A stretch of 64,000 nucleotides of DNA from an uncultured delta proteobacterium (GTDB lineage: Bacteria; Myxococcota_A; Polyangia; Fen-1088), in the NCBI GenBank assembly GCA_963737265.1, contig CAVTRY010000011.1, positions 1,248,001-1,312,000 on the forward strand. Reading direction: 5' to 3'. This document shows positions 21,164 through 29,895 of the stretch, piece after piece. Numbering within the stretch: position 1 is the first letter of the stretch; every line of letters starts with the position of its first letter. A model generated the notes under the pieces. The model searched no databases and was not told where the DNA came from. It saw only the letters and a program-made list of their open reading frames with translations. The position numbers and the translations under genes were made by a program.

Positions 21164-21664
21164 CTACGCCTGACCCTCGCTGAGAGCGCGATCGAGCTCG
21201 GCCTCCACCACTTCGCGATCGGTGGAGCGTGCCACGGAGAGCTCCTGAACCACCAGGCCGCGCGCTGTGTCCAGCATGCGCCGCTCTCCGAACGACAGCG
21301 ACTTGGTTTTTCTCAGGCGATGAAGGTCGCGGAAAACCTCGGCCACCTCGAACAGCGAACCAGACTTGATCTTGTCCATGAAGGCGCGGTAGCGGCGATT
21401 CCAGGTGTGGCGTTCGAATTGAACCACCTTCTCGCGCAGAATCTGAAGAACCTCGTCGACATCGGAATTGCCGGCGACCGGGCGAATCCCGACTTGCTCG
21501 GCCTTGTCGACGTGGACCAGGATCTTGAGGTCGCTAGAGGCCAACCGCAGGACGTAGAATTCCTGCACCCGGCCGCCGATTTCTTTCTTTTCAACGTCTA
21601 TTACTTCAGCGATGCCGCGGGAGGGATAGACAGCTTTTTGCCCGATCGTCAGCGTTAGTGCCAT
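21164..21664 (-). CDS. carD: CarD/CdnL family RNA polymerase-binding regulator
   Basis: GQKAVYP..G, TWNRRYR, LSFGERRMLDTAR; AAGGAGG RBS; no HMGA tail, so CdnL-type. Confidence 0.9.
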   Translation of the reverse strand: MALTLTIGQKAVYPSRGIAEVIDVEKKEIGGRVQEFYVLRLASSDLKILVHVDKAEQVGIRPVAGNSDVDEVLQILREKVVQFERHTWNRRYRAFMDKIKSGSLFEVAEVFRDLHRLRKTKSLSFGERRMLDTARGLVVQELSVARSTDREVVEAELDRALSEGQA

Positions 21665-21952
21665 CACGAGCCTCCTTGAGAGACGGCCTTGCGGCCGTCA
21701 GATGTCGTACTACCGAGGTAACTGTAGCTCACTGTCGTCCCAATGATCCAAGGGATTCGCCAAGGCGGCGTGCAGTCCCGCATCATGGAACGGGTTAATG
21801 TGAATGCATATGGTGAGTCAACTGGTTTCGTTTTCATGTGAAACACCGGTTGGATCCCTTGCGCCATGAGACATACAATGAGGCATACAATCCAACGAGG
21901 TTGCGTACCGGACTTGCGCACGAGGGCCGCGGAAAAGGCTTAAAAGGTGACT

Positions 21953-22552
21953 ATGAAAAGGCGAGCAGGAAACACCCTAGGGATGTCGCTGGTCGAGTTG
22001 ATGATCGTGGTCGTGATCATCGGAATCTTGGCCGCGATTGCGGTGGTTGGCTACCGAAAGTACATCGCCCGGGCGCGTTTGTCGGAGGCCACGGCCATGC
22101 TGGCCGAATTCGCTGCCAAGGAGCAGCTCTACTTTCTTGAAAATGGACAGTTCATCGAGGCCCACAACGACAGCGCCGGTGTCTCTTTTCCGAGCGCCAA
22201 CGAAAACACCGGCGACTTCTGGCCGTCGAATCCCAACAACTACTTCGACTCCGCGCGAGCCCCAGTCAACATCTACGTCGGCGGCAACCTGCCGGTCTCT
22301 TGGCGCAGGATTGGCCTGAGACCGCGGTGGCAACAGCTCTACTGCACCTACCTCGTCAACGCCGGCGGCCCCGGCGACGCTCCCCCTGGCACCATCGGAC
22401 CAACCCTGTGGACCGCAACTCCCAATGTCCCGTGGTTCTATGCGCTTGCGGCTTGCAACCTGGGCGGTCCCGCGGGGTGGCCAAGCAACGTCACCATCCT
22501 TGCGCTGACCCACGATTCGCCGGCAATCCGCACGACGGATGAGCTTCAGTAG
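21953..22552 (+). CDS. Type IV pilin-like protein (minor pilin)
   Basis: prepilin cleavage motif G|[20 protein letters not shown]. Confidence 0.85.
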   Translation: MKRRAGNTLGMSLVELMIVVVIIGILAAIAVVGYRKYIARARLSEATAMLAEFAAKEQLYFLENGQFIEAHNDSAGVSFPSANENTGDFWPSNPNNYFDSARAPVNIYVGGNLPVSWRRIGLRPRWQQLYCTYLVNAGGPGDAPPGTIGPTLWTATPNVPWFYALAACNLGGPAGWPSNVTILALTHDSPAIRTTDELQ

Positions 22553-22754
22553 CCTCCCGCGCCATCGCACGCGCGGTGCGCGGACCGATTGCGGGGACAG
22601 CTTACGGGGCCAGCGATCTGCCCGATTTTGTTCCGAGTCGTTCGGCTAGGCCGATGTTTGTCACCGAAGACTCATCGAGTCACACTCAAGAGCGCACACA
22701 TTTTCATGAATAATTCCAACTAGTAAAACCTTCCAAATGGCAAGCTGTAGATGG

Positions 22755-22770
22755 TGGCACGGCCTGTGCA
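22755..22770 (+). promoter_or_regulatory. Sigma54 (-24/-12) promoter of the pilin gene
   Basis: TGGCACGGCCTGTGCA against consensus TGGCAC-N5-TTGC, 25 nt before the ATG; AGGAGG RBS follows. Confidence 0.75.
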
Positions 22771-22795
22771 GTAATGGCTGCTAGGAGGCAAATCA

Positions 22796-23344
22796 ATGAC
22801 AAAGGCGCGAAAGAAGAGCGGTGGCTTTACCCTGGTCGAGTTGATGATCGTCGTAGCGATCATCGGAATCTTGGCCGCCGTGGCCATCCCGGCGTTCACT
22901 CGGTACGTGAAGAAGTCTCGTACCACGGAGGCTGTCGGTCACCTCAACAAAGAGTGGTCCGGCTCGCTCACCTACTATGAGAGCGACCACATGGCCACCG
23001 GTGGCGTTCCGCAGCCAAAGCAATTCCCTGGACCGAGCGGGGTGCTGGCGAATAGTGGCGCCCAGTGCGGGTGTTCGACGGGTGGTCGCTGCCCGGGAGG
23101 AGACAGCGTTTGGCAGACCGATCCGGTGTGGTTGGCGCTCAACTTCTCGCTGCCCGATCCGATGAACTACTTGCCCAGTTACAACTCAACGGGTACGGGA
23201 GCGGCCGCGCAGTTCACGGCCCAGGCGACCGGCGACCTGAACTGCAACTCGACGCTGTCCAAATTCCAGCGCGTGGGCTCGATTAATTCCAGCGGTGACG
23301 TGACGGGCAGCTACCAGCCGTACATCGAGAACGAGCTCGAATAG
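22796..23344 (+). CDS. pilA: Type IV major pilin
   Basis: G|[24 protein letters not shown]; C-terminal [11 protein letters not shown]; has its own sigma54 promoter and terminator. Confidence 0.85.
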   Translation: MTKARKKSGGFTLVELMIVVAIIGILAAVAIPAFTRYVKKSRTTEAVGHLNKEWSGSLTYYESDHMATGGVPQPKQFPGPSGVLANSGAQCGCSTGGRCPGGDSVWQTDPVWLALNFSLPDPMNYLPSYNSTGTGAAAQFTAQATGDLNCNSTLSKFQRVGSINSSGDVTGSYQPYIENELE

Positions 23345-23366
23345 CACCCCGCAACGGTTGGACCGC

Positions 23367-23402
23367 AAGAACCCCGGTGGAAATCCATCGGGGTTTTTGT
23401 TT
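23367..23402 (+). terminator. Rho-independent terminator after the pilin gene
   Basis: AACCCCGGTGGA-AA-TCCATCGGGGTT followed by TTTGTTT. Confidence 0.8.
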
Positions 23403-23421
23403 GGGCGGGCGGGGCTCGGCA

Positions 23422-25008
23422 TCACACCGCGGGGCCGTCGCCGCGGGCCAGAACGGTGTCTTTTGCGAGGCGCTGATCGTGATCGAGGTGGTCCAGGTTG
23501 TAGTGCAGGCCCCGACTCTCGGGGCGGCGACGGGCGCTCTGAATGATGAGGTCGGCGACCAGCGCGATGTTGCGGAGCTCCAGAAGGTCGCCGCTGACCT
23601 GGAAGTTCCAATAGTACTCGCGAATCTCTTCGCGAATCATCTGCATGCGGCGGGCAGCGCGTTCCAGCCGCTTGTCGGAGCGAACGATGCCGACGTAGTT
23701 CCACATCAGCCGCCGAATTTCGTCCCAGGTGTGGCTGACCACGACCGCCTCGTCGGTCACCGCCGCGTCGCCCGCATACCAAGGCGCGACCTGCATGGGA
23801 CGGTTAACGGTGACGTTGCGTACGTCGTCAGCCGCCCGAGCGGCGTACACCAACGCTTCAAGAAGCGAATTAGATGCCAGCCGGCAAGCGCCATGTAGAC
23901 CCGTCATGGAGGCCTCACCGACGGCGTACAGGTTTCGCACGTTGGTTCTGCCGTTGCTGTCGACCAGGATACCGCCGCAACTGTAGTGGGCCGCGGGCAC
24001 CACCGGGATGGGGGTCGTGCGCATGTCGATGCCGAGCTCCAGACAGCGACGATGGATGTTGGGGAAGTGGTCGATCAGAAAATCGCCCGGCAGGTGGGTC
24101 ATGTCGAGCAGCACATGGTCGTCGCCGGTGCGCTTCAGCTCGGCGTCGATGGCGCGGGCGACGACATCGCGGGAAGCGAGATCTTTCATCGCGTGGTATC
24201 GGCTCATGAAGGCTGAACCGTCGAGCAAGCGCAGAATGCCGCCCTCGCCACGCAGCGCCTCGCTGATGAGAAAGGACTTCGCCGCCGGGTGGTAGAGAAT
24301 GGTCGGGTGGAACTGGAAGAATTCCATGTTGGCGACGCGCGCGCCCACCCGGTAGGCCATGGCAACGCCATCGCCAGTGGCGACGTCTGGATTCGACGTG
24401 TAGAGGTAGACCTTGCCGGCGCCGCCGGTGGCGATGACTACCGCACGCGCGGTGATGGTCTTCACCTCGCCGGTGGAATGGTCGAAGACATACGCGCCGA
24501 AGACCGCGTTGGGGCCGCCGTACTTGGCGGTCGTCAAGAGATCCACGGCCATGTGATTGGGCAAGAGCGTGATCCTGTCGCCGCAGGCGCGCACGGTTTC
24601 GAGCAAGGCGTTGTGGATGGCGGCACCCGTCATGTCGCGCGCGTGGACGATGCGCCGGGCGGTGTGGCCGCCCTCGCGGCCCAGGCTAAACTGACCATTT
24701 TCGTCGCGGTCGAAGGCCACGCCGATCTGATTGGCGAGATAAAGGATGTGCTCGGGGCCTTGGCGTACGCACATCTCGACGGCCTCGCGCGCGCACAGAC
24801 CATCGCCCACGCGCAGGGTGTCCTCGACGTGTTGTTCGGCACTGTCGTTGTCCCCGAGAACGCCGGCAACGCCACCTTGCGCGTACTGCGTATTGGTGTC
24901 GGTCAACTCGCGCTTTGACACCAGAATGACACGGCCGTGGGCGCACGCGCGCAGGGCGAAATAGAGGCCCGCAAGGCCGGAGCCCAAGACGAGGTAGTCA
25001 GCTTCCAA
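23422..25008 (-). CDS. nadB: L-aspartate oxidase
   Basis: GSGLAGL, YAQGG, REGGH..RRIVH, QFHPT, PAAHYSCGG, GLHGACRLASNSLLE, ESRGLH. Confidence 0.95.
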   Translation of the reverse strand: MEADYLVLGSGLAGLYFALRACAHGRVILVSKRELTDTNTQYAQGGVAGVLGDNDSAEQHVEDTLRVGDGLCAREAVEMCVRQGPEHILYLANQIGVAFDRDENGQFSLGREGGHTARRIVHARDMTGAAIHNALLETVRACGDRITLLPNHMAVDLLTTAKYGGPNAVFGAYVFDHSTGEVKTITARAVVIATGGAGKVYLYTSNPDVATGDGVAMAYRVGARVANMEFFQFHPTILYHPAAKSFLISEALRGEGGILRLLDGSAFMSRYHAMKDLASRDVVARAIDAELKRTGDDHVLLDMTHLPGDFLIDHFPNIHRRCLELGIDMRTTPIPVVPAAHYSCGGILVDSNGRTNVRNLYAVGEASMTGLHGACRLASNSLLEALVYAARAADDVRNVTVNRPMQVAPWYAGDAAVTDEAVVVSHTWDEIRRLMWNYVGIVRSDKRLERAARRMQMIREEIREYYWNFQVSGDLLELRNIALVADLIIQSARRRPESRGLHYNLDHLDHDQRLAKDTVLARGDGPAV

Positions 25009-25175
25009 GATAGTCGGAATCTAGCACTCACCTGCGCCCATGTCGCCCGTTGTGCTGACGTCGTGTTCCCGCGACAAGCGCAGCGACGTCGCGGAAGGCA
25101 GCAGAAGAAGGCGCCTTTCCAGGATGGACGCGCCACCCAGTTGAAGCGATAAATGGTGGTCGCAAACGTCGTCAC

Positions 25176-25234
25176 GGTCGTGGCCCTGGCCGTAGCCGTG
25201 GCCGACGAAGATCACTCCGGCCACGGCCACGACC
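25176..25234. repeat. Inverted repeat built of GTGGCC/GGCCAC hexamers
   Basis: GGTCGTGGCCCTGGCCG (25176-25192) versus CGGCCACGGCCACGACC (25218-25234), 16/17 complementary. Confidence 0.55.
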
Positions 25235-25373
25235 TTCTGCGCCTTTCGCGCGATTACGGTGACGTCGTGCTGGCGTCGTGCTGGCTTTGTGACGGCCGGT
25301 TTTGTCGGCTTCTCGACGGATAAGCCTGGCTTGCACGGCGCGCCGGCCGCTGGCCGTGTTACGATCCCAGGGA

Positions 25374-26276
25374 ATGTCCAAGGGGATCGGCCTAGTCGCT
25401 CTCGCATCCTGTCTCGTCATGTCGCTGCTGGTGCCCGCGGGGCATGCGGCGGTGTGGAAACACACGCGTGCGGATGGAACCGTGGAATTCGCAAGCAACC
25501 CGCGCTCCGGCAAAGGGTGGAGCTCGGTCGCTGAATCCCGGCGGCCAGCGCCAGCGGCTCCGGACAGCGATCCTTCCGGGTCGCCTGCATCCCATTCGCT
25601 ACGCTCGCGGGGCGGCAGCGTCGTCTGGACGCGTGAGCGCGACGACGGCGTCGTAGAGTTCACCAACCTCCAGCCGGTGGGAAGGCGCTGGAAGGTATTG
25701 TTTCGTCTCGGGCCAGGCAAGGCATCCGCTGTCCGTGGCTCATCCGACCTCGTACCCGCGCGCGATACCTCCGCCGCACGTTACACGCGCTACGATGACT
25801 CCATCCGCGATCAGCAGGCCTACTACGGAATTCCCCAGGCGCTCGTTCGCGCCGTCATCCGCACCGAATCGGACTTCGATCCCCACGTCGTTTCCAGCGC
25901 CGGAGCGCAGGGTCTGATGCAATTGATGCCGGCCACGGCGCGCGGCATGGGGGTGACGGACGTGTGGGATCCACGGCAGAACATCATGGGGGGCGCGCGC
26001 TACCTCCAACTTCTGGCCAAGCGCTACTGCCACACGCCGGCCCTGGGGAGCTCTCGCGACGAAACGACGGGGTTCGTCTGTTCGCTGGACGAACAGGTCA
26101 AGGTCCTGGCCGGCTACCACGCCGGACCCGGCGCGGTGGACAAATACGCCGGTATGCCGCCCTATGAAACGACCCGAACCTATGTCACCGCTGTACTCCA
26201 GCGCTACGAAGAGTATAGAAGACGAGAAGCAACGCTTTCGGAATGGTCCGAAGCGGTTCAGGTTTCATCTCGATAA
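25374..26276 (+). CDS. Lytic transglycosylase (SLT domain) with duplicated DUF4124-like N-terminal modules
   Basis: AVIRTESDF...SSAGAQGLMQLMPATA, YHAGPG, PPYETTRTYV; VWKHTRADGTVEF and VWTRERDDGVVEF repeats. Confidence 0.9.
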   Translation: MSKGIGLVALASCLVMSLLVPAGHAAVWKHTRADGTVEFASNPRSGKGWSSVAESRRPAPAAPDSDPSGSPASHSLRSRGGSVVWTRERDDGVVEFTNLQPVGRRWKVLFRLGPGKASAVRGSSDLVPARDTSAARYTRYDDSIRDQQAYYGIPQALVRAVIRTESDFDPHVVSSAGAQGLMQLMPATARGMGVTDVWDPRQNIMGGARYLQLLAKRYCHTPALGSSRDETTGFVCSLDEQVKVLAGYHAGPGAVDKYAGMPPYETTRTYVTAVLQRYEEYRRREATLSEWSEAVQVSSR

Positions 26277-26282
26277 ATCGAC

Positions 26283-27650
26283 GTGGTCGAAGGCGATACA
26301 CACCTAAGCCCCAACGCGGGGACCGATAGGGGGCCTGTGCCGAGCGGGGCGCCTGCGCTTACCGCAACTCCGTCCGACGAGCAGGCAGTGACTGCGCGGC
26401 TGCGGCGGACGAGCGAGCTCGTTTCGACCCAGCGGCTACCTGAAGCCGAGGTAGAGCTCCTCGCCGCGCGAGACGTTGCGCCGAGCGACCTGCGCGTCCT
26501 CAAGCTGCTGGCCTTGGTTCGCTTCAAGCTCGGACGGATCGGCGAAGCGCGCCAGGTTTACCAGCAGGCGGCCGAGGTCGCGGCGGACGATCCGACGATT
26601 CGGCTCAATCTCGGACTCATCGCGCTCAAGCTGGAATCCTTCGACGAAGCGGCGCAAGAGCTTGAAGCCGCGGTCCGCTTGCAACCCGACGACCGCCAGG
26701 CGTGGAGCTACCTCGGCTACGCCTATGCCCGCACTCGCCAGCATGCCCACGCCGCGACCGCCTTTCGCCGCGCGGGCCAGCACGAACTGGCCGCCGAAAT
26801 GGAGCGGAACGCTGTCCCGCCTGCCCAGCCGGCTGGCAGCGCCGTGGTCGAGCGTTCGGCGGCATTCACCGGGCTAGATCCGTCGCGGGCGGTAGCGCAG
26901 GGTGAGGCAACGCCGCGGCCCCTCTTGCGCTCCGACGACACGCCGGTCCCTTTGCGCGGGACCGTCGTGGACGCGGGTACGTCCACGACGATGTTCGATG
27001 AAATGACGACCCTGAGCGATTTCACGACGGCACGGCTGCTGTCGTTTCCCGCAGCCACCTCGCCGGCGTCCTCGCTCGGACAGGGCGTGGTGCGGTTCTC
27101 CGCCACCGCCGACACGCACGTGCGTGAATCCGCTCTTTTGGTCGCTTTGGGAGGGCCGAGCTTGTCGTTGGCGCGCCGGCGAACCCGCGGCCACCTCAGC
27201 GGCCAGAGCCTCGCCGCGGACGGTGAACGATTTCTGCGTGTCGAAGGTTGTGGTGAGCTGCTTCTCTCCTCGCCCGAACGCAAGCGCGCTTTGGTCGTGA
27301 TGGCGCTCGATCGCGACGTCTTCTATGTCCAGGAGGATCGGGTCGTGGCGTGGGGCGATGACGTGGTTTGGGAGTCGGGCTCCGTCCCGGGCAGTCAGCT
27401 TGCGCTGCTGCAGTTTCGCGGCACCGGGCGCGTCGTGATCCTGGCCGGCGCCAGCGAGTTGGTTGCGATCCGCATTGTCGAGGGAGATCGTTTTGCCGTG
27501 CCCAGCGCGCGCCTGGCGGGTTGGCTCGGACGCGTGGTCGTGCAGGGTAACCCTGCGGCCGGCGCGGCCCCCCCAACAGGCGGACTTCACCAGGTTACTT
27601 GTGAAGGCGAAGGAGTGCTATTGCTATCCAAGCATGGCGAACATCGGTAG
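26283..27650 (+). CDS. TPR repeat plus AIM24-like domain protein
   Basis: N-terminal TPR helices, C-terminal beta-rich RVEGCGEL...LQFRGTGRV...CEGEGVLL. Confidence 0.7.
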   Translation: MVEGDTHLSPNAGTDRGPVPSGAPALTATPSDEQAVTARLRRTSELVSTQRLPEAEVELLAARDVAPSDLRVLKLLALVRFKLGRIGEARQVYQQAAEVAADDPTIRLNLGLIALKLESFDEAAQELEAAVRLQPDDRQAWSYLGYAYARTRQHAHAATAFRRAGQHELAAEMERNAVPPAQPAGSAVVERSAAFTGLDPSRAVAQGEATPRPLLRSDDTPVPLRGTVVDAGTSTTMFDEMTTLSDFTTARLLSFPAATSPASSLGQGVVRFSATADTHVRESALLVALGGPSLSLARRRTRGHLSGQSLAADGERFLRVEGCGELLLSSPERKRALVVMALDRDVFYVQEDRVVAWGDDVVWESGSVPGSQLALLQFRGTGRVVILAGASELVAIRIVEGDRFAVPSARLAGWLGRVVVQGNPAAGAAPPTGGLHQVTCEGEGVLLLSKHGEHR

Positions 27651-28239
27651 CCAACTCACCAACCTCCCGAACCTCGTAACCATGGGGCGGGTGCTCTTCG
27701 TTCCGGGCGTGCTGTACTACATGGACAACTACAGCCCGGTGCGCAGCCTGATCGCCGCCATCTTGTACCTGGTGGCATCGGCGGGCGACGGGATCGACGG
27801 CTATTTGGCGCGCAGTCGCGGCCAGGTCAGCGTGCTTGGAAAATTTCTCGATCCGGTGGCCGACAAACTGATGGTGACGGCTGTGCTGGTCTTCATGGTG
27901 GCGCTCGGCCGGGTTCCGGCCTGGCTGGTTGTGGCGCTCGTCGCGCGCGATTTGGCCATCACCGGCCTGCGCAGCATCGCGTCCAGCGAAGGCATCGTGA
28001 TCGCGGCCAGCCGAGGCGGCAAGATCAAGACGGCGCTGCAGCTCGTGGCGCTGACCATGCTGCTCGTCCATTTCCGCTACCCCTTGCTCGGCCTCGGGAT
28101 CAATGTCGACTACAACACCGCGGGCCTCGTCGTGCTGTACATTTCCCTCGCGGTGTCGTTGGTCTCCGGGCTCGACTACGTGCTCGGCTTCTTTCGCACG
28201 CTGGCGGCGGCCAAGCGCGAGGCACCGCCGACAGCGTGA
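27634..28239 (+). CDS. pgsA: CDP-diacylglycerol--glycerol-3-phosphate 3-phosphatidyltransferase
   Basis: NLPNLVTMGR, DGIDGYLAR...GKFLDPVADK, GKIKTALQ. Confidence 0.93.
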   Translation: MANIGSQLTNLPNLVTMGRVLFVPGVLYYMDNYSPVRSLIAAILYLVASAGDGIDGYLARSRGQVSVLGKFLDPVADKLMVTAVLVFMVALGRVPAWLVVALVARDLAITGLRSIASSEGIVIAASRGGKIKTALQLVALTMLLVHFRYPLLGLGINVDYNTAGLVVLYISLAVSLVSGLDYVLGFFRTLAAAKREAPPTA

Positions 28240-29534
28240 TCGCTCGCCCGGTCGACGTACCTTGCTGGCCCATTCGTGCGGCCAAGGTCGCTAGCCGACG
28301 CAATCTGCCCTGTTGCATGAGACTGGCCGATGCCGGGCGCGTGGTCGTGGCATGCAACCCGGTTCGCGTGGTTCGCGGATCGAGCGTCGACGATCTCGCC
28401 CAAGCGTGGGCCGAGGCGCGCGCGGCCTGGAACGCCGACAATTCCGGCGTTCCCATTGGGATTGGATTGCTCAGCTACGATTTGGGCCGGCGGTTCGAAC
28501 GCATTGGCGGAACGCTGCCTCTTCCCTCGGGTTGGCCCGACATCGAATTTCGCTTCTTCGACGCCGTGGTCGTCGGCGACGCTGAATCGGGGCGCGGCGA
28601 AATCTGGGCGTCCAGCGAAAGCGCGGCAAGCGGCCTTGCGGCGGAGATTCTTGGCGCAGCGGAAGTCCTCGATGAACAAGATCCGCCGGCGAAATTCGCG
28701 CCTCTGGCGGAGTTGGACGCGCCCGCTTTGCACCTTGGGGCGGTGTCGCGTGCGCTCGACTACATCCACGCCGGCGACATCTATCAAGTGAATCTTGCGC
28801 GCCGGCTGGGCTGTTCGTTCCCATCACGTCCTGGCGAGGCGCCTGGGCTCGCGCTCTTTGCCCGTCTCGAACGCGAGGCGCCAGCGCCTCATTCCATCTG
28901 GTTCGCGGACGGAGAAGCGGGAACGGCGTTGGTGGGCAACTCGCCCGAGTGTTTCCTGCGCCGGTCGGCGAATGGCCGCATCGAAACCTGGCCGATCAAA
29001 GGCACCCGTCCGCGCGTCGCCTCGGACATGAAGAACCGAAACGCGGAGGTGCTCGCCGCCAGCGCAAAGGATAGAGCCGAGCTCGTCATGATTGTGGATC
29101 TCGAACGCAGCGACCTCGGCCGGATTTGTCGGACCGGTAGCGTGAAGGTCGAGGATCTGTGCCGCGTGCTCACCTTGCCGACGGTGCACCACCTCGTGAC
29201 CAAGGTCAGCGGGCAGTTGCGGCCCGAGATTGATTTGGCCGGGCTTCTGCGTGCGACGTTTCCGGGCGGTTCGGTGACGGGCGCGCCGAAAATTCGGGCC
29301 ATGGAGATCATCGACGAGCTGGAGCCAGCCCGGCGCGGTCCCTACACCGGCGCCACGGGCTGGTTGGGCGCGGCCGGGGATTTGGATCTCGCGGTCGCCA
29401 TCCGCACCGCGACGATTCGAGAAAGCGCGCTGACCTTGTGGGTGGGCGGAGGCATCGTCGCCGACTCCGTGCCCGACGAAGAGTTGGCCGAGACCTGGGA
29501 CAAGGCGCAGGCGTTCGCGCGCGTCCTTGGCTAG
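28236..29534 (+). CDS. pabB: Aminodeoxychorismate synthase component I (anthranilate synthase component I family)
   Basis: GDIYQVNL, SPECF, PIKGTRPR, KDRAELVMIVDLERSD, FPGGSVTGAPKIRAMEII. Confidence 0.85.
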   Translation: MIARPVDVPCWPIRAAKVASRRNLPCCMRLADAGRVVVACNPVRVVRGSSVDDLAQAWAEARAAWNADNSGVPIGIGLLSYDLGRRFERIGGTLPLPSGWPDIEFRFFDAVVVGDAESGRGEIWASSESAASGLAAEILGAAEVLDEQDPPAKFAPLAELDAPALHLGAVSRALDYIHAGDIYQVNLARRLGCSFPSRPGEAPGLALFARLEREAPAPHSIWFADGEAGTALVGNSPECFLRRSANGRIETWPIKGTRPRVASDMKNRNAEVLAASAKDRAELVMIVDLERSDLGRICRTGSVKVEDLCRVLTLPTVHHLVTKVSGQLRPEIDLAGLLRATFPGGSVTGAPKIRAMEIIDELEPARRGPYTGATGWLGAAGDLDLAVAIRTATIRESALTLWVGGGIVADSVPDEELAETWDKAQAFARVLG

Positions 29535-29825
29535 CTGGCCAGATTCCTCTGCGGCCCGTTTCTGTGTGCCGATGGCGCTTCGAGCTTGGCGTGCAGTCGG
29601 TGCCATGACGCACCGCTGATTAAGGCTGCGGCGGCGGCGCGGAGGGCTTGCCGAGGCTCCTTGCGGCGAGTTTTGACGTGCGCAACCTGGGATCCCGTGG
29701 TGCGTGAAGATCGGACCATTGCGCTCGCGTGCCTACGATAGGATCTGAGTGAGCCACGGTTTCGCTGTGAGCAGCCCGCTAGACACGGAGTGTTTCAATT
29801 CAGTGACAAATCGACGTCGATCAAT

Positions 29826-29874
29826 ACGTTGCACAAGTGTGACGCGGCAGTCCCGTATCTGAGTTTAGGTTGCC
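29826..29874 (+). promoter_or_regulatory. Conserved upstream motif, copy 1 (ACGTTGCACAnGnGTGAC...TGAG..TAGGTT)
   Basis: near-identical motif with similar spacing lies upstream of the paralog at 36669-36717 on the minus strand. Confidence 0.55.
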
Positions 29875-29895
29875 ACGGACTGTCGGAGGCTGATC

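Noticed and set aside
21830-21845. parS-like sequence GTTTTCATGTGAAACA
   Set aside because: Only 13/16 match to TGTTTCACGTGAAACA, single copy, no parAB or origin genes nearby
25021-25407. 128-aa minus-strand ORF upstream of nadB
   Set aside because: Its coding-like look comes largely from the hexamer palindrome; it overlaps the SLT start and has no clear RBS
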